Assembly: GCA_040954595.2 (NCBI GenBank)
Contig: CM082588.2
Span: 980,613 to 1,044,612 of the forward strand
Reading direction: 5' to 3'
DNA: 64,000 bases
DNA from: Balanoglossus misakiensis
Taxonomy: Eukaryota > Animalia > Hemichordata
Part shown: one piece after another, positions 24,581 through 37,500 of the stretch
Numbering within the stretch: position 1 is the first letter of the stretch
Layout of the letters: every line of letters begins with the position of its first letter
The notes under the pieces: generated by a model
Told to the model about the DNA's origin: nothing
Database searches by the model: none
What the model saw: the letters and a program-made list of their open reading frames with translations, nothing else
Position numbers and translations under genes: made by a program

Positions 24581-25228
24581 TTTCCCTAGATATGAAGTTA
24601 ATGTTACAAATCAGCTACGATCGTCTTGTTCCCTTGCCTCCTTGCCTAAAGATGGTTCCACTCACTGTTTGTGTGTTTTGTTGCTAGGATTCCCAACATT
24701 GCCGTTGGGGGCGTGTATGAACGTGGCAACATTCATCTTCATACGCAGAATCTAATTATAATTGAACAGAATTAACTATCCATATTATCACAATATTTAA
24801 TAAAGAGAACGCATCTCAAAATTTTGCTCATAACACGACGTAAATAAACACATACCTTCGTCCGAATGGTTCGGGTCGCCAAGCAGACATGGTAACCTTT
24901 GACCTGAACGTAACCGAGGTGAGCTTTGAATTCTTAGTATTTCAAAGTTGTATGTATTTCTAATCCGTTTTGATATATAGACTGAATGTACAACTAATTT
25001 TGTATTGATTCATTTATTTAATAATTATTAGTAATAGGAAAATTTATTTCTAATAGAAAAAAATGAAGTATAATTCGTCAAGTGGAGCTGTAAGTTACCA
25101 GATATATTCAGCCACCTGGAGCTAGGCAACAGACTGGCTAAACAACATGGCAGCCAGCGTACGATCGTTGACTTAATCCGAAAGCACCCAGAATATCATA
25201 GGTTTTAGAACGATCGCCGGGTTTTGCC
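24581..25228. promoter_or_regulatory. Bidirectional promoter region DNAJB13/CFAP47 with RFX-like and forkhead motifs
   Basis: The ATGs are about 650 bp apart and divergent. Motifs: GTTGCTAGGAT (24680), TAAATAAACA (24841-24850), GCAGACATGGTAAC (24883-24896), GGAGCTAGGCAAC (25118-25130). Confidence 0.65.
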
Positions 25229-25539
25229 ATGGAGAACGATATAGCAGGAGTACGGATAGAACCTCCGGTTGTGGAATTTGTCGATGCCGGGGCAAACGTT
25301 TTGCACAGTCTAGTGATTACCGTGCAAAATATCAGCAGAACCAGCAAAGTTGTCAAGTTTCATCGACCAGCAACTAACGTAAGTACTGTAAACATACACA
25401 GTGTACCCAATATAGAAATCAGAGTCTTTCCTTTTCAGGGTCTTTCCTTTTCCATACCTACTGTACACTTGTAAGTGATGGTGTTATTGTATACACATCA
25501 TACAGTTGGTGTATTTGGACTCTAAAATATTCATAATAT

Positions 25540-25577
<38 letters not shown>

Positions 25578-28500
25578 GTGCAGATGATGATGATGATGAT
25601 GATGATGGTGCAGATGATGATGATGATGATGATGATGAAAATGGTGAATTTTTATATTTTTAATTATCTTTTCAGAATTTCCGTTTGAAAGTCAAGAATC
25701 CAGACAAACCCATTGCACCTGGCTTGGAATTGAAGGCCACCATAGAATATTTTACAGATGTCCCCAAAGATTGTATGGATAGAGTTATTTTATTAGTTGA
25801 TGATGATGTCATTGAAATTCCTTTATTTGCGTAAGTACTTCTGGAGACAACTGATGAGTATCAGTTGTTTTTTCTTTGCCAGGACTTTGCTGTATTCATT
25901 CAGGCAAGGATTGGTACAAGTGTGATATATCAAAATGGAGGAAAAGTCATCAACAGAACTTTCGGTGTGTTGGAAGGGAAACTTGAATGATATTTTCTTC
26001 ATTTTCATCCATACAGTTATTGTCCCCAACCATTGTTGGAGCTGGAAGGACCAGTAGATTTTGGTGCAGTCACTGCAAACCACAGAGTGTTGTCCAAAGA
26101 AATCTCTCTCTATAACCATGGATCCATGCCCGGTGATTTCAAGATCAAATATGATGGACCACAGCCTATTGTTATACTTCCAAACAGTGGCACTATAAGA
26201 CCAAAGACAGCTCAAATTATCAAGGTATGTCCGTTGATGTGTCACTTTAAATATTTTCATATGTTATTAATATATGGCTAAAACTGAATTTGTTTAACCT
26301 ACATCAGAGAATGAATATTTTGTGAATGTAACTGTTCTATATCATTTACAGATTGAGTTTGTCACAAAGGCTCCTGGAACATTAAATGAAGAGGCTAAGT
26401 GAGTATATGCGCTAAAATCAAGTTGTAGATATCAACATATCAGCAGAGGTGTTACCAGGGTTCCTAAATCATATACAAATCTTCTCAACCGATGTTCCAC
26501 CACAAAAAATTGATATCACTTGAATCAGTCGCGTTATGCTTTGACTGCAGAGAACCTTGGATGTAGGCAATGGCATTTGAGGTTGATAATAATGTATCCC
26601 ACACTGTGCGTCACTTGCAGAGTCAAACTGGAGGGCCAGGAACCCAGCACTCTGCTCATCAAAGCTGAGGTGGTGCAAAGATCATTGGAGCTACACTCCA
26701 TGGATTCACAACAGCCCCTACGTTGTGTGAAGTTTGGAGAAACTTATTATGGGACTGACAAAACAGAGGGTGCAATATTATACAACAATGGTCCTGATCC
26801 TGTCAGTTTTGTTTCTATTATGCAAGTCGGAGCCATTGGAGAGGAACTGGTGAGTTTAGCACTTTAAAAAAATATTTTATTTTATTTTAGTGTGTATTAA
26901 ACAGTTTGATTGAATTTAAAAGCAGCAGAGCTGTATTTTCTGGTCACGCAAAAATAATTGTTGTTTTTCTTTCAGGGTACTGACTTATCAAAGTCCACCA
27001 CAGCCATTCTGTCTGCCACTGATGGTCAGGAATCAAAAAGCAAGGATATGACATCATTATTCACTGCAATACCCAACCAAGGAGTATTAGCACCCTATCA
27101 AAGACTTCCAGTGTTTTTCCGCTTTAGTCCAAGATCCAAAGCCTCCAAACAAGGCTGGAAGGGCACCATCAACATTGCACCAAGACAGGACTTTGCTGTC
27201 TTTGCACACATTGAAATGGTTGGCAGTAATGAGGGCTTCACTGACAAGGAAGAATTCAGTGGCAATGGTAGGTAGACACTTCATACATTACAAGACCATA
27301 TATACAATCACTGTGACTGCCAATAATCACTGTAATAATTAAGCAATAACCCCTGCCGCAGGGGGTACAATGTACACACGAGATTCAGGTACAGTCTGTG
27401 ACATATAGCACAAGCCATTTTATTCATGGATCAACTGAAGTTGAACAAAAACATCTGGTCTGTACTGTGTAGTATTCATGATTGTTTTGATGTCAATATA
27501 TACATGTATAATAATCTTAATTATTTATTTTCGTGTCTGTAGGTAACCGTTGCAAAGTGGAATTAGCCATGACCGGTACAGCGCTACCCGTCCTGATCAA
27601 TGTGTCACCACAAAGTCAGTATGACTTTGGTGAATGTCAAGTTGGAGAACATGTAGACACTCTGTGCACACTCAAGAATGAATCTACAGTGTTACCAGTC
27701 TCTTTTGTCTTGCGTCCTATTGCACAGTTCAGTTCAAGCCCACCTGTGGGTAAACTGTTTCCAGGTCAAAGTCGTGATGTCATCTTCTCCTTCAAGCCCA
27801 ACCAATATGGGACATTCAAGAAGATACAGTATCTGGATATCTTAGGACCAGTCGCAGACAACCACATTGTTACAGGGACTCATCTGGCACCCATACACAC
27901 CATTCATATTGCACTGAGTGGAATCAGCAATCCACAGACGACCAAACCAGAACCCAAATTCAACCCAGGTATTTAAACATCTCTTGCTCATAACATGGAG
28001 ATTTGCTTGACAAAGAGTTGAACATTTCTGTCATCTGCAAAAATCAGTGATAGATAAAAAAAGAAAGTAACTTAAATCATTGTCACTGACTTGACAGGTA
28101 TTACGCCTCTGGTGGTTGGTGAAGTGGGTCAGTTCGTTGATGTGACCTTCGATCGAGCCAAGCCGTATGATCCAAGAGCTGCCACATTGAATGCCGTCAG
28201 CAGTAAGGGTGTTCACATCAGCCAGTCGGCGACACAGACCAGAGATGATATGACGCTGGTGTCTTATCCAAATGACAGAGCGAGAAGTATTAGACCCAGT
28301 TACAGAAGAGAGAATTATGCGTAAGTCAAAGCACACATAGCATATTGACGTACATACTTGCCAACCTTGCCGGTTTTAACCCTTTCACCACTATGGTTCA
28401 GTCCAGCCCCCTTGTTTTTTGTTGTAAGCTCCAGATGTATCCTTGGTTCAAAAAATCAGTCCTCAACAGGTATATTTATATCTTCTTATAGAACTATCTT

Positions 28501-31500
28501 CACAAAGAACGAGAGATACACATACGTAGATCCTGACTATGCATTTACTGATGAGGAACTGGTAGACAGAAAAGATCATCGAGACAGCTACATCAATTAC
28601 ATCAAAGAACTCCGAGAACGAAGACAAGCAAAAGAAAAGTCAATGTAAGTTTAGAAAAATATCAACTCGCACAATTCTGTCATGTTACCTTTGAACACAC
28701 AGAAAAGAATGTTTGTAATATACGCATCTTCTGTTGTGAATTCATTGGAGCTTGTTGATATTTTTTGTTTTGACAGGGAATTCAATGAACTGAACAATGA
28801 GACTGAGATTGGACTGAAGCCAGCATCTGGATTGAAATCACCACAACCCAAAGTAGATCAGATCAAACCTTCAAAGATAGGTAGGTTACCAGCCCGTGTG
28901 AGTTTCTTAAGCCTTGTGTCAATGTATGTTTTGGTCCAGTGTTTCCCCACTGATACAAGACAAGACATATATACCACTTATGTAGATGTCACAGAAAATA
29001 TTTTATGTTTCTCATGAACAGTTCCAAAGCCTCCAAACAGTCAGTTCCGTATGTTGAGTACAAAGCAGTTGGCTGATGCAGAGAACGCAGCTACAAGTCG
29101 TCCTGTCAGTGATGGGTTGAATGCTGTTCCCATGACCAAGCGTGAGAAACAAGACTGTAAAATCAGATTAACACCGCAAGAACTTCATCAAATTACCATC
29201 GGTAAGGACTGCATGACTATATTGATAATAAAATCTGACTAATTTCCTTTCATGGCAAGCGCAGTGGACAGGCTGGGCATTTGTCCTAATTTTGATTATT
29301 TGGTCTCGTAATTCCACCTTGTATGTTGTCGCTTTTCAGGTCCACCAACCCTCAACTTTGGTGAGGTGTGTTTAAAGTCTACAAGCATCAAGTACATGGA
29401 TATTGTCAATAATTTACGCCAATACATCCATGTTGTAGTTGATGTAAGTTTATCCACATTTCTGTATCATGTCCACAACTGAACTTTTTATATTTATGCC
29501 AAATATGTTTTTATGCAACTAGTATATCCAAACTGATTCCAATATTTGAAAATTGTTGATCTAGATTGACTGTCGTGAGTTGAGACAGACCAGTCCATTG
29601 TCCCAGGTTATTCCACCCAATTCTAAAGCTCAGCTGCCTCTCATATTTGAATCCAACACCAAAGGTAGATTTCAAAGGTAAGTGATGTTATTCTCTGTAT
29701 TTTGGGGGGACTACTTCAATCTTCATCCTCTCAATTAACACAGAACTCAGTCTTGATATCATTTTCTGGTAGACATGATTATTTCCCTCTCTTTCAGGAA
29801 TGTGACATACACAGTGAATGCTTGTCACCAAGACCATGTCATTGTGTTTGCCGAAGTTGTTCCTGTAGCATTGCAGCTCTCATCAACCACACTGACTCTG
29901 AAACCCACTCCAGGAATGCCAGCTGAAGCAGGTATGGGCAGTAATCTCAAATAACACCAGTATTTCAGAATTATGCCAAAATATATGGTAGATGATATTT
30001 ATCATGAAAAGTTTTTTTTTTTTTAAATGCCCATGGTGTGTCACTTTCAGGTCTGAGAGATGTGATTACGCTGAGAAATAAACGTAATTATCCTGCTGAG
30101 TTCACGTGGCAACCAATCCTTGGGGAGAGAGGCACAGCGTTCTCTATTAGGCCAGCAACAGGTGAGCTTTAATTAACATGCTAATTAGGAATAGGATTAA
30201 GTATTGGCCACATTTGCATAAGACCATGCCATGTTGCCTGAAGGCTTACTTGCAATGAGAAACAAATGAATTTAAAAACAAACCAGTTTCTCTAATGAAA
30301 GGTTTTATACTCTCTTTCAACAGGGACTGTGGATGCATTTAAGGACTTGGAATGTGAAGTGGTATTCCATCCCTCCTACCATGCGCCTGAAGATGGCCAG
30401 TTTGCGTTACAAGTACATGGAGGCAGTACTCTCAAACTGAACTGCTCTGCCAATGTAAGTTGCAATGAACTTTGCCTTGGGCAAGTGTCTGTTTACTTCA
30501 AATAATGACCTTGTATGGAATCCTTTATCTGTAATACCGTACTCTATGTTTCTCTATTATAAATTCAGCTTGGACCAACTCAAGTACAGTTCATTGAGAG
30601 GAGGATACTGTTTGGATGTGTGCCATTAAATCTGACCACAACAAGAACAGCACAGCTGTATAATACAAGTCAGAATCATGCTTATTTCCAGGTGAGTTGA
30701 AGAGGGTTTGAAATCAGATTGCAATTCATTTTGGACTGACTGTCAACAGGACAGTATTCGCCTGCTACTTATCAGAATAAACAGTCATGTATCTTGGCCC
30801 TGTGACTGAGACAATCCTGACTTTGCTTTTTCAACGTAGGTGATAGATGCAACTCCATTTCCCGGTCTGAGCGTCACACCAACACATGGCGTTGTTCCTG
30901 TTGGTGGCATAGCAGAGATCAAAGTGCAACTGACACCGACCGCAGTCTTAAAGTTTGACACCAGAGTACAAGTGGCTATACGTGGTTGGAAGACTGTGGA
31001 TCTTCGAATGGGAGGCACTGTTGAACCACCACTTGTTGATATTGATATGGTAAGTGATTTTTCTCTTTGCCATTGGAATTGATCCTTGCCATGGAATGAT
31101 CAGAATGATCAGTATCCGTGGTGTTACAGTCACATGTTTCCATCCTAAACCTACCAGTCTTCTTTCGATCCAGCCAATAAGTTTTGGGGTCTCTTTTTTA
31201 GAGACTGTTTGAAAGATTCTGAATTTTTTAAATGAGTCAGCTTATGCCATTCTGTTCTGGTGCAACAATACACAATCATCATGTTACCCCATTTCATTAT
31301 TTGGGACAAGATTTACTGATGAGAAAAAAGTTCAAACACAACCAGATAATCATTATTACTATCTCTATTTCACAGCCATCTTTTCATGTGGGTGGCGTGT
31401 ACTGTGGGTCCAGCATGACAGTTCCATTCCAACTGATAAACAGAGCCCAGACGAGAGCTAAAGTGGAATTTGATCTCTCCAGATTCACAGACTTTTCAAT

Positions 31501-34500
31501 GAAATTTCATGGTGATGTTATGGAAGGTACGTTGCTGTTTTCTGTCTTCTTTAATATATTGTTACAAAGACCTTCTGAAATGATCATTTGTGTTTCAAAA
31601 ATGAAATCAATTCTTGATGGTATGCTGCTAGTAACTTTTCACAGTTCATCTTGTCCGATGGCTTAATTATCAACTTTCTTTCTTCATCTAAAATAGAAAG
31701 TGAAGATTCTCAGCATCCAGGAATTTACAAAGTCACAGTTGGTGGAGAAGACATCATCAAATGCGAGCTGACCTTTCACCCCAGCGAAGTAGCAGCGTAT
31801 GATTTCATCATCCCTGTGTCAATCAACCAAATAGATGCTCCAACCCCAAATCCAACACCCTTCCCTCCAACGCCAGCTCCATCCAGTAAAAGCATCAACC
31901 ACATCATCACACCAAGGCCTATCCCTGTTACCATAGTGACACCAAGACGCCGCATCGTGGCTACGGGCTTGCGACAGCCATTACAGCTGTCTCATGTGAA
32001 ATTAGATTTCTCTCTGCCGTCTGGCTTCTTTGAGATGGGCGTCCAACAAGGCATCTATGGACAGAGCAAAGGTACAATGATGGTCAACAACAGTGATAAG
32101 GAAATCAAATGGAGTATTGACTTCAGAAGAACCAACAAGGCTTTAGAAGAAGGGGTGTTTCGTTTCCTTCAGTCGAATGGTACACCGTTTATCGGTCATG
32201 ACAATGAGCCTGCTGTTGGAGGATACCTGAAACCGGGTGAAACTTATGCACTTGGAATTCTCTTCTGCCCAGGTAAGGATAATGTGAAAATGCCCTGTTC
32301 GTTCGTTCGTTTGTTCGTTCATTCATTCATTCATTCATTCATTCATTCATTCATCCATTCATTCATTCATTCATTCATCCATTCATTCATTCATTCATTC
32401 ATAACTTGATCATTGAATTTGCATATCACTGAACACAATGTATCAACTTATACATTTTGTATCAAATTGCAGAGGCCCCTGGTTGCTATGAAACCAAAGC
32501 CACCATGATCCTGAATGATGATTATGAGAAACCATATCGTCACCTGCATCTGATCGGTGAACTGAAAGCACCCAAGTTGAAATTTGACCCTCTGGCAATT
32601 GTACTGACTCCAGTGCCGCTGTGTACAGAGATCTCTGAGGAGTTTAACATCCATGCATCAGGTTTTAGAAAGTAAGTACTTAAACACAGTGTTGATTCAT
32701 TTTTTGTTTACCCGCTGTTACTTCGTGCCATAGTTTTCACAATCGAAATCAACTCATATATAGAGCAGATGTCTTCTTGATATCATACAGTACTATGTAT
32801 GATAATTGGAACCATTAATGTTTTTGTTTGCAGAGAAACTGTGATTGATGTTGACATCCCTGACATTGAAATGGATGATGGAAGTACACTGACTGTTCTG
32901 CGTGTGACATTTCCTGAAGGTCAGATGATTCAGCCCTGCTGCGCTGATGACGGTGATGAAGAACCCTTCGTTCTCAAGTGTAATGTCATCTTCTCATCAC
33001 CAAAACCTGTCTCATTCACTCAATCCATCACTTTCCTGGACTCAAGTGGACACAGGTGAGATGCCAGCTCCATTTCAGGGCTTCCCATTCTTCGTAAAAA
33101 GATTTAGAAATATTCAAATTCTCATGAAACTGCTCAATTCTTATAGTGTCCCTAAAAGATTTATTTTCTAACACCACATTGTATGATTTTTTTTATTTGA
33201 TGCAGTTTTTCCATCCCAGTGACAGCTACAGCAGACAACTGTCTAATGACAGCCTATCCATTCATTGCTAAACACCGTGCTGACCACCAAATTGTCACAG
33301 AGCAAGGAAAAACAGTCAAAGGTCGGCGCAGTCAGTCCAAAGAGAGTTTGAATGTCGGTGAGGCTGTCATCATGCCCGTGGATTCACCAACCAGACCCTC
33401 AACAAGGGCAAGTACCAGCTCTACCAGTCGATTTGTGTCCAGTACATCAAGCTATGAAGACTCGTCAGCAAGTGTTACTGGTAAGCATCATTGTAGGCAT
33501 ACTCTCTGTAGTTTCTGAATGTTTGCTTGAATTTGTGACCACTGTTTTCGGCTTCTTTGGGGGAGGGGGGGAATGATCACATATGGTCAAAAAAGTAATC
33601 ACAATCCTACCAATGCTTATTCCAAAACTCATCGGTCAAATAACACATTGACATGGAAATGTTAATGTTCAGCACATACAAAATTTGTATAACCGTCTAA
33701 TGTCTCCTCCTACCTGCACAGAATCGACCTATCCAAGCACACCACGTGACGGAGCTGCCAATCATCTAGCAATGGATGCTGAAATGGAAGCAAGCAGTCG
33801 ACAGGACTTGGCATCCAGATCTCTCGGCTCAGCAGCATTCCCTAATGAAGACACAGAAGAAGGATTATTCCATCAAGAAGTATTGATGGGTGTTCAGAGA
33901 TGGATCACATTGCAAGGCTGGCCAGGTGGCCCTAACCCACTTACTATACCAGATGGACTCAGATCGTAAGTCTCTGCATATCATGTCATTCAGACAACCA
34001 CCTTGCGTTGTATAAGTATCTGATTCTAGTCTAATTGTGTTGGCAGTGGACAGCAATGAAGTATACCTGCTGTTCTAACACTTGCATAACATGACATCAC
34101 GTAACATCACACATTGCATCACATCACATCAAACCTAACCACATGTTATGTTTCTTTCTAACAGAGGAGTGGGTCGTAACTCCCTAGGTGAAGCAGCGGC
34201 CGACAAGCCAGCCCGGGGTGTAGATGCTGGTAGTGGCAGTAGCCACAAGAAAGGACTAAGTCGCACAGTGTACGATATGGTCGCTCATCTAACTGGCAAA
34301 GCTGTACCGGGAATACCTATCAACCAGCCATTACCAGTGGATGCCACTGAGAGAGTCTTACAGTTACATTGGCAACACTCGACTCTACTCACATTCTTGA
34401 GGTAAGAGTTGTGACCCTTCGGCCACTTTTCTGTGGTCCAGTCCTGCTGTCTTCACACTCACAGTGCTAGATTTGGACCCTTACACAGCTAAATGGGGGT

Positions 34501-37500
34501 GATAGGGTACAGTCTAGACAGGTTTAGTTTATTATTTCACTAACAGTAAAATAATGTCCATTTGACACAGAGGACAAGGTGCATCCGTAGCCTTCATCAA
34601 ACCAGAATACTTGCTGGGACCCAAAGACTACAGACGATGGGTGAAGTTACAAGAACAGATCAAAGCACAGAAAAGAGAACGTGACAGTAAACAAAAAGCG
34701 AAAGTGGAAATTGAAGTTGCTGAAAATGTGCTTGATGAAAACTTGTTTGAGTCTGTCTCCAAGAGAGCTTGGACGGATTTGTTACTGCAGATACTCAAGG
34801 TAAGAAATGGCAAAGTGTTTATGATATTAGAAAATGGGGATCTATTCCACTATTAGATGTGAAGTTAAGAGTTTGGAGAATGAATTTGGACATTGTAGTT
34901 TTTAAACATTGGAAGGAATTTATAGTGTGTGTGTGTGTTATTGGCTTGGAATGGAAGGCTCGTGTTTTATGGATTTGTGATCATTGACCACACATGAAAT
35001 ATTTTGAATCCGTTTCACAGGTGTTGTTGCTAGCGCGTATAACACCTCGTCAGTTCCGCACAATGCCAAGTCCAGGCAATGTAGCATTACCAACCATCAA
35101 CCCAGATCCTACATGTAGTAATGTGTATTCAGTTGGAGAGAGAATTCTTCTCTCCTGGCTCAACCATCATTATGAACAGCAACGTCATGTCATTTGGAAA
35201 GACTGCAGTAAAGGTAATGAATCAGATGCTGGCTGTCACTTACAAAAATTGTGCTCTTAGTTTTTAATAAGTACTGTCATTTGATACTTCATTTAACAAT
35301 GGCAATGATGATTATGACAATAACGTGTTATGATTTCTATTTCCTAGGAGGTGTACCACCATCCAGATGGATTGTCAATTTTGACTTTGATCTCTTGGAT
35401 GGTTTAGTGCTGGCTACAGTACTGGCAGCCCATGTACCATTCCTAGTAAGTCTAACATTTCATTGAATGTAAAGCTTGGTCTCATTAGAGATTCTGTTTT
35501 AAATTGTGGTTCCCTTCAAATTCTGGCATCGATTTGAACATGCAAGTAGTAACACAAAATGTTTGTTGTATCCCCAACAGGCAAACACTCACCTGAATGA
35601 AATGTACACCTTTCCAAACACAGCAGAACAATGTTTGCACAACACACTAAAAGTTGTAAGTGCATTCAAGTGTATCAGTTTGGACTATGATATTCAGGTA
35701 AGGTTGATAGATAATATCTAGTATCTAGTACCCAGTATTATTAAAGAGGTGTTGATCAGGATGATTTGAGTGTAATTATTCTTTGAGTCTTTTATGGTGG
35801 CATTTAGTATTCGCAGGATTGTAAGCGCTATTTCTGATGAGTTAAACATAATATTTTCTATGACATTTCAGGCAATTGACATCACGGATCCCAACCCAGT
35901 GGCACTACTGTTCCTCTGCATTCATCTGTATCAGAGGTTACCTCACTACATCCCGCGAGCATCGGTTGAATTCATTGGCACCCTCCATTCAACTGTACTC
36001 AGACAAGTCCGATTGACCAACCCCAGCAACAAACCACTGATCTATCATGCGTCTGTCTCCGGACGAGATGCCAGAGATTTCCACTTACCCCGTGGGGATC
36101 AAGTGACCGTCTCCCCCAGGGGAAAGGCCGATCTGCAGGTGGAATTTACGAGTCGATATCTACGACCAGCGGAAGCTTATCTGGTCTTGGTTGGCAGAAG
36201 ATCTGGTTCTGCTACAGCAGCTACCATGGTGTTTACACTGAGAACAGCCATTGATAATATTGAACCAATGGTGAGTATATGTAGCTTGAGACCATTTCAC
36301 TTTCAACTGAGACCAAAGTATTTCATCAGTTCGTCAGCCTTTCCTGTGCTAGCCTAGTGTTAGATAACCTGAAATTGCTGACTGTGATAGCACTGTGCTA
36401 GCCCAACGCTCAATCCAAAATGAACCTTTTTAAGCTGCAGTATATGGCTGTTGCTTTTGTACTCATGTCAAGCAAATGTTAATTTCCCTGTTCTTAAAAT
36501 TTCAGCATTTATACAAGATAGAGAACCCATGCTATGAGCTGTACAAAGTGTTGATCAATGTCAACAATCCATTTGATGAAGCCGGAGAATTCCGTGTAGT
36601 GATGGTGGAATCTAGTGATAACTTCCCAACGGCTGACAACAATCCCAAGACCGGATTCTTGAAAGCTAAGCCTACGGAAATCAAGAAAGTGAAATCGAAG
36701 ATCGATCATGGACAGAAGAAAGAGAGATCTCCATCGCCACCCAAAGCCGATGATGTCACGTTCAAAATGAATACTTCTATGGAAGGTGGGTGCTTACTGC
36801 AAACATATATCAACATTTTATCCAATGCATTTCTGTTAGCAAGTTAATGACAGTTGATAGTAATTGTGTGAAGTCTCATATGTGTTGCTTTATGAAGCAA
36901 TGTACTTGCTGTCATTGAATTTTGACTATCCATGCTAGTACTATATGGCATACAAACTAATAACTGGTGACTTTTCTGATTATTTGCAGGTGACAAGAAA
37001 AATCAACTGAGTTACTTCTTCTGCTCACAATCGTCCGTTTATTTGAATCTGTCCGAGTCGGCAACAGTTGAGGTTGAATTCTTACCTTTCAGTCCGGGAC
37101 ACCGACAATGTTCTGTGTTGCTGATCAATGAGAAGATTGGAGAGTTTCTGTATTCCATAGAAGCCACAGCCACATTACCCAGTCCCTCCCTGGTGCCGTA
37201 CAGACCAAGTCCGAGCAGTGTTCGTATCAGCAGTGCCGCTGCTGCAGGCAAGTGTCTATCATTCTTTGCTATATTAAAGTTTATTGGGAGTCTTTTGAAA
37301 ATAAGCAGGGAACTTAGTGTTTTCATGTCTTCTTTTTATAAAAGATTTGCTATCTGTATTTTTGTTTTCAAGTGTTTTTGTTAGAAGTTTCCTAATTGTG
37401 CGAGATGTATTATTTTAACAGGAAGTGGACGTGGAATTTATGGCGGTGATGAGAGAGTGATTTACTGGAGGTGTGAAACAAACAACAACCTACAAGAAGA

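Noticed and set aside
25506-25688. Poly-methionine ORF
   Set aside because: It is an (ATG)n microsatellite inside CFAP47 intron 1.
32273-32409. FIHS-repeat tail on ORF 31651-32409
   Set aside because: Read-through of the donor at 32273 into an intronic (ATTC)n repeat.
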